Positions 27,872-37,198 of a stretch of 46,153 nucleotides of DNA are shown one piece after another. Each line of letters opens with the position of its first letter. The first letter of the stretch is position 1. Source of the stretch: Thermoplasmatota archaeon (GTDB lineage Archaea; Thermoplasmatota; Thermoplasmata; Halarchaeoplasmatales; Halarchaeoplasmataceae); contig JAZKSP010000002.1 in assembly GCA_036626005.1 (NCBI GenBank), positions 1 through 46,153 of the forward strand. Direction: 5' to 3'. The notes under the pieces are model-generated. The model searched no databases, was not told the DNA's origin, and saw nothing but the letters and a program-made list of their open reading frames with translations. Made by a program: the position numbers and the translations under genes.

Positions 27872-28666
27872 TCAAGGAATATTAACTAAGATTTGCACTT
27901 CGTCTCCGTCTTCTAATCCAATTTCTTCTCTCAACTTCTCCTCAGCTACTATCTCGGCCTGTTCTTCATACCTCGTCTTCTCTGGCATTATCAAAATCGA
28001 ATATACACCGTTTATCTTAGAAGGAAAACATTCCACATTTCCAAAACGCTTTCCCTTTTCCACAAAGCCATCGATAAATATACCTTCTTTTTCCTTCAAC
28101 TCTTTGTATTTTTTTAAGGCATCCCCTTGCAGTTTGATATTGAGAGTGCCTTCGAAAGGCTGGAAACCGAAGTTCTCTCTAAAACGCTTTTTGTAACCTT
28201 CCAAAGCGAGAAAATATCTTGCTTCACCCGCACCCGATACCACTTCTCCCTCAAGTTCGATAGTTTCCTTTTCCGGGTCATCCTGCCCTCTAGAGAGTAA
28301 AAGATCCTCACCGATCAATTCCAGGTGTGACCTAGAGCGGAGAAAAGCTACCGGATTGTTTTGTTTCAATGCTCTCTCTTTAAGTTCCTTGTCATTGGTA
28401 ACTACAACACCATCAAGTTTTCTAGCCGCTTCCAAAACCCCCTCATCTCCATCCTTTTCCACTTCTATTTTACGGTACTTTTCACTTAGTTCTAAAGGTG
28501 CTTTCTGATCCAAAGCCTTCAGCTCATCGACCACTGAAGAAGGGACAAATACCTGGGCATTGCCGACCAATCTTCTGATCTCTTGGTCCAAGTTTAGTGA
28601 AAATTGGAAGGGCATCAATAGAATGTTAGTGTCTAGAATTACTCTAGTCATGATTTGTAAACCCAT
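27872..28666 (-). CDS. ribK: Fusion protein: N-terminal Fcf1-like PIN domain + C-terminal CTP-dependent riboflavin kinase domain
   Basis: N-terminal VILDTNILLMPFQF, VVDELKAL and VVTNDKELK carry the PIN acidic residues. C-terminal GAGEARYFLALEGYKKRFRENFGFQPFEGTLNIKL matches the archaeal RibK (MJ0056-type) family. Confidence 0.75.
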   Translation of the reverse strand: MGLQIMTRVILDTNILLMPFQFSLNLDQEIRRLVGNAQVFVPSSVVDELKALDQKAPLELSEKYRKIEVEKDGDEGVLEAARKLDGVVVTNDKELKERALKQNNPVAFLRSRSHLELIGEDLLLSRGQDDPEKETIELEGEVVSGAGEARYFLALEGYKKRFRENFGFQPFEGTLNIKLQGDALKKYKELKEKEGIFIDGFVEKGKRFGNVECFPSKINGVYSILIMPEKTRYEEQAEIVAEEKLREEIGLEDGDEVQILVNIP

Positions 28667-28695
28667 AATAAAAAGACGGTCTAATATCTTTTGCC

Positions 28696-29268
28696 TTATC
28701 CCTTCGATTCAAGTATATTCTTTATTTCCTCCTGGGCCTCATCGATAGGTCTCGAAGTATCGATCACGTGCCATTCGTCAACGATAGAAAGGGCTCTTTT
28801 CCTGATCTTTTCTAGATCCTCCTTGTTTTCAAATATTTGCCTTTCTTCTCTCTCATCCAACCTTTCGATAGCCTCTTCGGGGTCAACATCCAAAAAGAAC
28901 ATGAATGAAGACGTGGGAAAAAGACTCGACAAAAGTTTATAAGATTTTCCGACAAGAGGTCTCGGTAGATAAGCCACGCTGCACAGATATCTCACTAATA
29001 TCAAAGTATCTACGTTTTTGTCAACTCTCAAAAACGAATTGATAACATCGAGGGTGAAATAGAAGGTAGCTTTTAATCGATCGTACTTCCCCCTGCCCCG
29101 CAGAGCTTTTTCTGCTTTAGCCCCGAACAAACTATCAGAACAAGGATGTGAACGTAAGACCACTTCTTCTCCGTCGTTGGAATATCTCTCTTTTAATAGG
29201 TGTGCGTGTGTATCCTTTCCAGCAGCGTCGAGACCGTCTATAACTATCAGCCGCATCGATTTATTCAT
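28696..29268 (-). CDS. Thymidylate-kinase-like P-loop kinase family protein
   Basis: LIVIDGLDAAGKDTHAHLL has the Tmk-like fold pattern, but Walker A reads GKD rather than GK[ST]. Substrate unknown. Confidence 0.55.
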   Translation of the reverse strand: MNKSMRLIVIDGLDAAGKDTHAHLLKERYSNDGEEVVLRSHPCSDSLFGAKAEKALRGRGKYDRLKATFYFTLDVINSFLRVDKNVDTLILVRYLCSVAYLPRPLVGKSYKLLSSLFPTSSFMFFLDVDPEEAIERLDEREERQIFENKEDLEKIRKRALSIVDEWHVIDTSRPIDEAQEEIKNILESKG

Positions 29269-29921
29269 AAATAAAGCAAGATATAATAACTTATTGAAGT
29301 CGTTAACGCGACCAATAGATTATCTAGACCCTTTACAGAAAAGATCTCAACCAGAGTAGCTATCAGCATTATCAGAGGAAGAATAAGTATATTTTCGGGC
29401 ACTGAACCGAGATACACAAATACTATGATGGCCATCCCAAGTGAAGTAAAGAACATAGCCGCCGAGCCTTCAAGGGTTTTTTTATCGATGGCAAAATTGA
29501 GGCGATGTTTACCAAACCTCCTTCCTATCAGGGATGCTATCCCGTCGCCATATGACATGCAGATTATACCGACAGCTATTATCTCAAGGTTCTCAAAAAA
29601 CAAAAGAGCTAGTATGGTCCAACTTATAGAATAGTAAAATAGTCCTAGACCGTGTCCTGTGTTAGAGGTCACACTGTTTGGACCTATCGAAGACTTCGGG
29701 CTTATCAAGAAGGTAAGGAAGATAAAGGGTGCTGCTGCAAGTCCCGCCATCGCCCACCGGGTGTCGAAAAGTGGAAGTATGAAAACTATATTTCCGACCA
29801 ATATATGGATGAGTTTTCTTCTAAGGAATAAGTCTCTCTTCGAATTGAACTCAAATATGAATAACAAAAGACCAACATAAAGATAGACGATAAGAACTCC
29901 TACGATATCTCCCGAGGACAT
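29265..29921 (-). CDS. Dolichol/phytol-kinase-like CTP-dependent polyprenol kinase (CdsA superfamily)
   Basis: 218 aa, polytopic. SYGDGIASLIGRRFGKH is the family motif. 4-nt overlap with the downstream gene. Confidence 0.65.
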   Translation of the reverse strand: MSSGDIVGVLIVYLYVGLLLFIFEFNSKRDLFLRRKLIHILVGNIVFILPLFDTRWAMAGLAAAPFIFLTFLISPKSSIGPNSVTSNTGHGLGLFYYSISWTILALLFFENLEIIAVGIICMSYGDGIASLIGRRFGKHRLNFAIDKKTLEGSAAMFFTSLGMAIIVFVYLGSVPENILILPLIMLIATLVEIFSVKGLDNLLVALTTSISYYILLYL

Positions 29922-30014
29922 CGATCACATATATGGTCGATCTATATATAATATTATCTTTTCTAGAGAAGGGCTACGGATAAATAACCCCGCCTTTAAT
30001 AGGAAGATGGATCT

Positions 30015-30728
30015 ATGCAGCCTCTATGGAATGAAAGGATACTGAAATTCGATAGCACGCTCGTGATAGCGGACCTTCACATAGGTTACGAGAGAGAGCT
30101 TGAGGAGAAAGGGATAAATATTCCAGAGCAGAGCAGGAAGATGATCGATAAGGTTCTTGACGTTTTAAAGAAAGAAGACTTTGAAAGACTGGTGATAAAC
30201 GGTGATTTCAAACATAACATACCTAAAGCGAGTTGGCAGGAGTATCAAGATATACCTAAAGCGATCGACACCTGGCTGAAAGTGGTAGAGGAAATCCATC
30301 TTTTACCCGGCAACCATGATGGAGGGATCGAAGAATATCTCCCATCTGATGTAAAAATCCACAGTTCAAGCGGAGCGGTTATAGATGACGTCGGATTCTT
30401 CCACGGCCATGCTAATCCTAGGGAAGAGGTGCTTTCTACCGGTTCCGTTGTGATCGGTCACTCTCATCCAGCTGTTACTTTAAGAGATTCTTTAGATAAC
30501 AAGGAAAAAAAGGAATGCTGGGTGAAGCTGCGTTATAAATGGGAGGGACTAGAAGGGAAAGCCATCCTCATGCCTCAACTGAATCACCTATTAGGTGGTA
30601 TAAGTATAAATGAAGAGGGTTATCTTGGGTCCTTTTTGAAAAATTCTAAGTTAAATGATGAAAAAGTCTATCTTCTAGACGGAACCTATCTTGGTTCAAG
30701 AAAAGACCTTTCTGATCACCACTCGTGA
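30015..30728 (+). CDS. ICC-like metallophosphoesterase (MJ0037-type)
   Basis: IADLHIGYE, INGDFKHN, PGNHD and GHSHP motifs. Confidence 0.75.
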   Translation: MQPLWNERILKFDSTLVIADLHIGYERELEEKGINIPEQSRKMIDKVLDVLKKEDFERLVINGDFKHNIPKASWQEYQDIPKAIDTWLKVVEEIHLLPGNHDGGIEEYLPSDVKIHSSSGAVIDDVGFFHGHANPREEVLSTGSVVIGHSHPAVTLRDSLDNKEKKECWVKLRYKWEGLEGKAILMPQLNHLLGGISINEEGYLGSFLKNSKLNDEKVYLLDGTYLGSRKDLSDHHS

Positions 30729-31255
30729 TGATAATCCTTATCCGATATCACGTGTATCGGCACAGCTAAGCAGACCCGTGAATCCATCAATCCTAGGTTC
30801 TTAGCGGCTAGACCTCCTTTGATAGAGATTTGATAGTCGATATTATGGGTCTCGGCCGTGTTCAGGGCGTTTCCGATCGATATCCCAAGATCCAAAAGCC
30901 TGAAAACACAGTTAGGTCCTTCAAATATTTGTTCTGTCTGGTCTGCCTCGGAAAAATCTTCACAACTCTCGTAACCGCAAGCTTTGCAATCTATACCTAG
31001 GGAGGGATGATCTTCCAATCCGATTATAAGCAGTTCATCAGATGAATTTATAAGATCTCCTTCTTCACTGTAGGTTTCATCCTGAAATTCTTCAGAGAGC
31101 TGATATAACTCTTCTGCTAACATCTCTTTTTCTGCATCATCTAAAACCATCGTTTCCAAATAGTTACCCGACGATTTTAGGGAGGTCTGCGCTGATATAT
31201 CCATCAGGTCGATCACGGTCTCAGTTATCTTTCTTTTTTCCAATTGGCCCACCAA
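30716..31255 (-). CDS. DUF2148-like ferredoxin-domain protein
   Basis: Central CKACGYESCEDF and NCVFRLLDLGI segments resemble DUF2148. 13-nt convergent overlap with 30015..30728. Confidence 0.6.
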   Translation of the reverse strand: MVGQLEKRKITETVIDLMDISAQTSLKSSGNYLETMVLDDAEKEMLAEELYQLSEEFQDETYSEEGDLINSSDELLIIGLEDHPSLGIDCKACGYESCEDFSEADQTEQIFEGPNCVFRLLDLGISIGNALNTAETHNIDYQISIKGGLAAKNLGLMDSRVCLAVPIHVISDKDYHHEW

Positions 31256-31291
31256 CTGAAGATGGAGATGGTGAGTTATTAATCTTCCTGT

Positions 31292-31684
31292 TCATAGATC
31301 GAAACTGCTGTCCATCGTAGAAAGAAAAGCGAGAGCAGCACCTATAATACCTACAAGACCCGCTAGGCCTCCAACGATCCCTCCTAGTCCGATCAATATG
31401 AGGGAAAAAATACCGCCCAGTATCGCCCATCTTTTCATATCAGAATCTAGTCTATAATAGGACAGCAACAGCATAAACCCAAAGATGAGATTTATAAATA
31501 GTTGGAAGATATTTATGGCTTCAAATTGCTCTATGATTGTGAGGAGAAAATGTAAAGGTCCTATACCAATAGATATATATCCCGATAAAACCAAAAGTAT
31601 AGAGTGAAGAGAAAGATCCTCTAGTGCCTCTATGGATTTAGGACTGTCTTTCCAGATATCTTCGATAAGTTTTGTATCCATCAC
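31292..31684 (-). CDS. Hypothetical small membrane protein (3-4 TM)
   Basis: Hydrophobic profile, Gly-rich last helix GGIVGGLAGLVGIIGAALAF. No recognisable family. Confidence 0.5.
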   Translation of the reverse strand: MMDTKLIEDIWKDSPKSIEALEDLSLHSILLVLSGYISIGIGPLHFLLTIIEQFEAINIFQLFINLIFGFMLLLSYYRLDSDMKRWAILGGIFSLILIGLGGIVGGLAGLVGIIGAALAFLSTMDSSFDL

Positions 31685-31768
31685 TTTACTTATAACTTTT
31701 CGATATATAATTCTTTTTTGAATTCTGATGACAAAAATTATATCAACTCTCCTTGACTAACTGCAGAC

Positions 31769-32617
31769 ATGACAGACAAGAGATTGATCGTCTCATCTAT
31801 ACAGGACGAAGCGAGCCAGAACATACTATCTAAACTACTCGAGTCGGACTGGAACGAATGTGATCGGTGGAATGAAAATCCGATCTATGAGAGAGGAGAC
31901 GATCTTATAGTAACTATAGATGAACGCCACATCTACTTCGATGATATAGATAGGAAGATAGAAAGATATCTAGGAGTGGAAGTTGACGAGGTAGTTTATA
32001 TCTCAAAGCATTCTTCTGAAGCCGGTGTTGATTCACTGACAGTACATCCCATTGGTAATTACGGTGAAGCTAAATACGGTGGGAAGGAAGGAAAATTGGT
32101 ACCGGCTTCACCTCACAGCATGACCCATGCGTTACATATCCTGCGAGAGAAAGCAGAAATGGAAGGTATCAAAAACGAATACAAGATCTCATTCGAAGCT
32201 ACTCATCACGGACCTTTCTTGGAAACACCGACTTATTACATCGAGATTGGGAGTGATCTAGATTCATGGAAAGACGAGAGTGCGGGGAAGGTTATAGCGG
32301 ATACGGTGCTAGAAGTTAAAGATAGAAGTAAAACAGATGAGCCCGTGGTTATCTGTATAGGTGGAGGACATTACACACCTAGATTCACCGATCTAGCTAA
32401 GAGTCGTAGGGTGGCTTTGGGACATATTGTGCCTGGATGGGGTATGAGATACCTCAATAAGAAGAGCTTCTCAGAAGCGGTGGAAAAAACGCCTGAGGTT
32501 GACTACATATACTTCGACAGGAGCAGTACCTCAGGAAAGGAAAGGGAAAAAGTTAGAAGTTGGACTGACAAACACTGTCTTGAGATCATACGTTCGAGCG
32601 ATCTAGAAAAAAGGTGA
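31769..32617 (+). CDS. dtdA: D-aminoacyl-tRNA deacylase, archaeal type
   Basis: N-terminal IVSSIQDEASQNI, HSSEAGVDSLTVHPIGN and FEATHHGP match the DtdA family pattern. Confidence 0.8.
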   Translation: MTDKRLIVSSIQDEASQNILSKLLESDWNECDRWNENPIYERGDDLIVTIDERHIYFDDIDRKIERYLGVEVDEVVYISKHSSEAGVDSLTVHPIGNYGEAKYGGKEGKLVPASPHSMTHALHILREKAEMEGIKNEYKISFEATHHGPFLETPTYYIEIGSDLDSWKDESAGKVIADTVLEVKDRSKTDEPVVICIGGGHYTPRFTDLAKSRRVALGHIVPGWGMRYLNKKSFSEAVEKTPEVDYIYFDRSSTSGKEREKVRSWTDKHCLEIIRSSDLEKR

Positions 32618-32620
32618 GAG

Positions 32621-33928
32621 TCATTTCTTTTCCCATTTACCCAATTCCATAACCACGGAGAGCGTCCTCCCCTCTTTTATCTCTTGTCTCACTCTGTTTT
32701 CTTTCTCCATCACATCTAGAGAGCGATTCGCTATCTGAACAGCTTCTTCTTTCGGGACGACCATGACTCCACTGTCATCTCCCACTATCCAATCTCCAGT
32801 TCTAACTTTTCTTCCACCACAGACGATATCGTCTTTTAAGGCACCGTATCCCTTTGGTTCGCCGGCATTAGAGGCTCTATACCTCGCAAATACCGGAAAG
32901 TCGATCTCTCTTATGTCTCCTACGTCTCTTACCGCTCCGTCGATCACAACGCCTTGGATACCTTTCTGCTGACATGACCATGAGGCGAGTTCTCCCCAAA
33001 CAGCGGTCTTTCCGGCGTCAGCATCTATAACTATTATCTGATCCTCGGTAGCTTCATCGATCGCTTCGACCGGTTTTGCCCAATCGCCATCTACAGTCTT
33101 AACCGTCAGTGCTTTACCGACTATCTTCTTTCCGGTCGTGGTCAAAGATTTTATTCCTTTCATACAGGGTTCCCTGTGCATAGCATCGGAAATATTGGGA
33201 GTTGAAACATCTCGAAATACTTCCCTTATTTCAGCTGGGCCGCGTTTTTTCTTAACTTCGGATTCGATAGAAACATCTTCTTGGATGGCTTTTTTTACAT
33301 TTTCCGCCGACTTTTTGACATCCTTAGCCTTTACTATCGCACCACCCACTATGATTATATCAGCACCTCTTTTCACTATCTCTGGTGCCGTCTCAGAGTT
33401 CAACCCACCCGCTGCAGCAACGGGTAAAGACGTGGCTTCAGATACCTTTTCTACCAGTTCTCCCGGTTCTTCCCCCTTCATCTGCGCGTCTATACCGATA
33501 TGAACGCCGATGTAATCCATTCCCAAGTCGGTCACTTCCTCGGCCCTTTTAACCTGGTCTTCAACACGAATCAAGTCAGCAAATATTTTAGAATCGTAAT
33601 TTCGAGCCGCTCTAAGACCTTCCTTCAAGGTCTCATCGTCCGCAGCCCCTAGAACGCCTATGATGTCCGCACCGGCTTTAGCTGCCATCTCTACTTCTAC
33701 ACCGCCGACGTCCATCGTCTTCATGTCAGCTATCAACTTCTTCTCAGGGAACTCTTCCCTGAGTTTTCTGATGGCATCCATTCCTTCAGACTTTATCAAA
33801 GGAGTCCCAACTTCGATCCAATCCACACCACCCTCTACTGCATCCTTAGCTATACGAACAGCCCTCTTCAGATTCATCAGATCCAACGCGACCTGTAATT
33901 TTGGAAAATCTTCATCCATCATTTTCAC
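32621..33928 (-). CDS. Bifunctional 3-hexulose-6-phosphate synthase / RraA-like domain protein
   Basis: N-terminal LQVALDLMNL..WIEVGTPLIKSEGMDAIRKL..ADMKTMD (HPS, OMP-decarboxylase fold). C-terminal ISDAMHR..AVWGELASWSCQQKGIQGVVIDGAVRD (RraA-like). Confidence 0.85.
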   Translation of the reverse strand: MKMMDEDFPKLQVALDLMNLKRAVRIAKDAVEGGVDWIEVGTPLIKSEGMDAIRKLREEFPEKKLIADMKTMDVGGVEVEMAAKAGADIIGVLGAADDETLKEGLRAARNYDSKIFADLIRVEDQVKRAEEVTDLGMDYIGVHIGIDAQMKGEEPGELVEKVSEATSLPVAAAGGLNSETAPEIVKRGADIIIVGGAIVKAKDVKKSAENVKKAIQEDVSIESEVKKKRGPAEIREVFRDVSTPNISDAMHREPCMKGIKSLTTTGKKIVGKALTVKTVDGDWAKPVEAIDEATEDQIIVIDADAGKTAVWGELASWSCQQKGIQGVVIDGAVRDVGDIREIDFPVFARYRASNAGEPKGYGALKDDIVCGGRKVRTGDWIVGDDSGVMVVPKEEAVQIANRSLDVMEKENRVRQEIKEGRTLSVVMELGKWEKK

Positions 33929-34093
33929 CTTGTAAGTAAATCATAGATGTAACTGAGAGATAAAAAATTTTAGGTGCGGGTTGATCGATTCTTTTTTATC
34001 ATCATATCAAACTGTCTGAAACTCGACCCCAATACCTTTTTATATCATCTACGTTTCAAATCATTGTGAATTTGGGTCCAAGAAAAGATAAAC

Positions 34094-35191
34094 ATGGCTG
34101 AAGATATAGAAGATGAGATAAAAAACATCGAAGAGGAGATCAGGAATACTCCTTACAACAAATCAACGGAACAGCATATAGGCCGTTTGAAAGCAAAGAT
34201 AGCGAAATTAAAAGAGAAAAAAGAAAAGAGAGAGAAAGGTAAATCAGAAGGAGGAGGTTACGACATAAAAAAAGAGGGTGACGCTACTGTCGCGCTGGTA
34301 GGACTTCCTAGCGTGGGTAAAAGCACCCTTCTAAACAAATTGACTAACGCTGAAAGCGAAGTGGCAAATTATCACTTCACCACTCTCGACGTGATACCCG
34401 GGATCATGGAACACAACGGTGCCGAAATACAGCTTTTGGATCTCCCGGGATTGGTCGAAGGAGCCTCTAATGGCAAAGGCAGGGGTAGGGAGATCTTATC
34501 GGTGATCAGGAATGTCGATCTTATAATCATAATAGGAGATATTTATAGGAGCGATATCAAGAAGATCATTGAAGAGTTACGATCACACGGCATCAGACTC
34601 AATCAAGAAGCTCCGGATATCAAGATAAAGGAAAAGGAAAAAGACGGAATAAAGATCAACACTACGATGGAACTGAATGAAATCAAGAAAGAGACCGTGA
34701 TGGACATCCTCAGGGAATTCGGTTATGCTAATGCGAACGTGGTTATAAGAAGTGATATCGACGACCAGGAACTGATAGACTTTTTAAGCAGAAACAGGGT
34801 TTATCTCCCGGCCTTCCCGATAATAAACAAGATAGATCTGGTTGATGAAGAGAGAAGAGAAAGACTCCGCAACGAACTTGAAGAGCATGATCCACTATTC
34901 ATCTCCGCCGAGGAAGGAGAGGGGATTCAAAAGGTAAAACAGAGAATCTTCGACGAACTGAACTTCATAAGGATATTTTTGAGACCACAGGGAGAAAAAG
35001 CGGACGACGAGCCCATGGTACTGAAAAGGGGGAGTACGGTAGAGGACGTGTGTAAAAAACTGCACAGCGACTTTATAGAAAACTTCAGATATGCTAGAGT
35101 TTGGGGGCCGACGGCTAAGTTCCCAAAGCAGAAGGTCGGGATGGATCACGAACTCGCGGAAGGGGACACTATCAGGATCATCACCAAATAA
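34094..35191 (+). CDS. DRG/Rbg1-type Obg-family GTPase with TGS domain
   Basis: G1 GLPSVGKSTLLN, G3 DLPG, G4 NKID. C-terminal TGS-like segment PMVLKRGSTVEDVCKKLH. Confidence 0.88.
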   Translation: MAEDIEDEIKNIEEEIRNTPYNKSTEQHIGRLKAKIAKLKEKKEKREKGKSEGGGYDIKKEGDATVALVGLPSVGKSTLLNKLTNAESEVANYHFTTLDVIPGIMEHNGAEIQLLDLPGLVEGASNGKGRGREILSVIRNVDLIIIIGDIYRSDIKKIIEELRSHGIRLNQEAPDIKIKEKEKDGIKINTTMELNEIKKETVMDILREFGYANANVVIRSDIDDQELIDFLSRNRVYLPAFPIINKIDLVDEERRERLRNELEEHDPLFISAEEGEGIQKVKQRIFDELNFIRIFLRPQGEKADDEPMVLKRGSTVEDVCKKLHSDFIENFRYARVWGPTAKFPKQKVGMDHELAEGDTIRIITK

Positions 35192-35226
35192 GTTAAATCA
35201 TACCTTTTCTGTAAGTTAATCTATCT

Positions 35227-35769
35227 ATGAAAGAAATTATCTCAAAAGCGATGAGTTCGGGATTGGACTTTTCTCAGAAGGGGGTCTTGAAGTCATTCCT
35301 TTACAAGATGGATATCGACGAAGAAACCTACGATAGGGTGTATGTAGCTATCAAAAATAATGCTATGGAAGATAAAGTCTCTAGGGTCCATTTTGAAGAT
35401 AGGATGGTGATGGTGCCCCAGTGTTTGAGACATCCCCAAGAATGCGAGTCTGAACTGGGAGAGTGGGGCCATGAATGTAATCACTGTGGTAAATGTGATA
35501 TCGATGATTTAATCTCGATAGCCGATAAGTTGGGCTATGGGGCATTTTACACGATCCCAGGCTCTAGTATGGCCAAGAAGCTACTTAAACAAAAAGATCA
35601 TAAGGCTGTCATCGCGGTAGCCTGTCACTCCGAGCTGGTTGAAGGATTCGAGGCCGCCCATGTCTTCGATGTTCCTGTCCAGGGGATCCCCTTGGAAAAA
35701 GAGGGGTGTCTAGATACCGAAGTCGATATAGAGAAGGTCGAAGAGAAATTGAGGATGCAAAAGGAGTGA
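35227..35769 (+). CDS. DUF116-like Cys-rich protein
   Basis: PQCLRHPQECES..GHECNHCGKCDI..VIAVACHSELVEG. Seven Cys in the pattern I associate with DUF116 (COG1852). Confidence 0.55.
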   Translation: MKEIISKAMSSGLDFSQKGVLKSFLYKMDIDEETYDRVYVAIKNNAMEDKVSRVHFEDRMVMVPQCLRHPQECESELGEWGHECNHCGKCDIDDLISIADKLGYGAFYTIPGSSMAKKLLKQKDHKAVIAVACHSELVEGFEAAHVFDVPVQGIPLEKEGCLDTEVDIEKVEEKLRMQKE

Positions 35770-35779
35770 CTCTGATACT

Positions 35780-36490
35780 ATGAAAGGAAAGATTCCTAGG
35801 TTCGGAGTTGTTGGGAAGTCCGAATCCGGGAAGACCGATCTTATCTGTAGTTTGATCAAAAAATTGAAAGAAAGAAATTACAGTGTAGCATCCATAAAAC
35901 ACACTAGAGGAGACTTCAGTATCGATTCCAAAGGGAAAGATACTTGGAGACACTCGAAAGCTGGCTCTGAATTGGTAGTTTTCTCGACTCTAGAAGAATC
36001 CGATTTTTTGTTAAAAGAAAGTCTAGACTTGGAAGAATTGACTTCCAAGATGGACTCAATTGGTGATTACGACATCCTGCTGATAGAAGGGATGAAAGAA
36101 GAAAAATTACCAAAGATAGAGGTTGATGGAAAAAATCGGAAAGGTACTTTTATCCAGTATAAAGATAATCTTAGAGAAATAGTCGACTCGGTAGAAGAAT
36201 GGACGCATATTTATGAACAACTACCTAGATTGGATTGTGGTAAGTGCGGATTTGAGACCTGTGATGAGATGACAGAAGCGATTTATGAGGGAAAGAAAGA
36301 GATCAAAGATTGCCGGGTGAAAAATGCCGTAAGAGGCGTAAAGTTGCTTGTGGATGGGGAAAAAATAAAGCTAGATAATTTCCCTGCCGAGCTGATAGAA
36401 AAAACCATCAGAGGTATGCTCAGTTCTCTAAAAGGCATAGAAGGGGAAGAGAAAGATATAGAGATAGAGATTTCTAAGAGGAATAAATGA
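35780..36490 (+). CDS. mobB: Molybdopterin-guanine dinucleotide biosynthesis protein MobB fused to a putative Fe-S cluster domain
   Basis: P-loop GKSESGKTD and SIKHT (MobB). C-terminal LDCGKCGFETCDEMTEAI..DCRV is a CxxCxxxxC..C Fe-S-type domain. Confidence 0.75.
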   Translation: MKGKIPRFGVVGKSESGKTDLICSLIKKLKERNYSVASIKHTRGDFSIDSKGKDTWRHSKAGSELVVFSTLEESDFLLKESLDLEELTSKMDSIGDYDILLIEGMKEEKLPKIEVDGKNRKGTFIQYKDNLREIVDSVEEWTHIYEQLPRLDCGKCGFETCDEMTEAIYEGKKEIKDCRVKNAVRGVKLLVDGEKIKLDNFPAELIEKTIRGMLSSLKGIEGEEKDIEIEISKRNK

Positions 36491-36963
36491 TGTACGTGAT
36501 AGGAGCGAGGATTAAAGAAGAAAAAGATTCGGAAGAAATACTAGAGAGGGTCGAATCTTACAGAAAAGAAGAGGGGGTGTTTCTCCAACTTTTCGATCAG
36601 TCCAAGGTGATCGGAAAAGAACATCTTTTGTGGGCATATCAAAAGGCAGAAGAGAGCTTTAAACACGGTAGCAATAGAGCCGATGACTTAGAGATCGAAA
36701 CTCTTCTATGGGCCTCTGCAGAGTGGCAGATCAAAGATGCTCTCAAAAAGATGGGGGTCGTAGACGGAGCGGAAAAAGTAGCAATAATGATTGAGGAAGA
36801 TCCTGAATGTTTCCTAGATTTTATGAGATGGACCCAGGACGATTCGGTTCTAGAACCGAGTATGAAAAAACTAAAAACTTTTGATATAGGCGAAGATGAA
36901 ATCAGCTCCGTAGACTCTCCCTATGACCTCGTGTTCGAAAAGATGGCTACATCTATTCTTTGA
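36487..36963 (+). CDS. cgi121: KEOPS complex subunit Cgi121
   Basis: 158 aa. LEIETLLWASAEWQIKDALKKMGV resembles the Cgi121 C-terminal helices. ATGA overlap with mobB. Confidence 0.6.
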   Translation: MMYVIGARIKEEKDSEEILERVESYRKEEGVFLQLFDQSKVIGKEHLLWAYQKAEESFKHGSNRADDLEIETLLWASAEWQIKDALKKMGVVDGAEKVAIMIEEDPECFLDFMRWTQDDSVLEPSMKKLKTFDIGEDEISSVDSPYDLVFEKMATSIL

Positions 36964-37011
36964 ATATACGCTGATGTTTAATCCTCTCTGTAAAATTGAT
37001 AGATATCACTC

Positions 37012-37020
37012 TTTTTTTTT
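37012..37020 (+). terminator. Oligo-T (T9) tract, candidate archaeal terminator after cgi121
   Basis: The T9 run begins 49 nt after the stop codon. There is no downstream same-strand gene for ~180 nt. Confidence 0.3.
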
Positions 37021-37184
37021 AATCAATTTATTGTATAATATCTTATAAAAATATGATAGAAAAAAATAATTATGCATCAAGTTAAAAGTAAAACACCGAA
37101 CATATAAATATTTGAAATGAGATAGGCATAATGAAAATGAATAAAATGACAGAAGGTATGAGGGCCTGGGAAAATAATTATCTT

Positions 37185-37190
37185 GGAGGT
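37185..37190 (+). promoter_or_regulatory. Shine-Dalgarno GGAGGT for small membrane ORF
   Basis: GGAGGT, then 8 nt, then ATG 37199. Confidence 0.4.
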
Positions 37191-37198
37191 TTCTAGAT

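Noticed and set aside
30716-30728. Convergent gene overlaps (13 nt here; 4 nt at 44637..44640; only 2 nt between the SRP RNA 3' end and the EamA stop at 19209-19210).
   Set aside because: These are common in compact archaeal genomes and need no special explanation.
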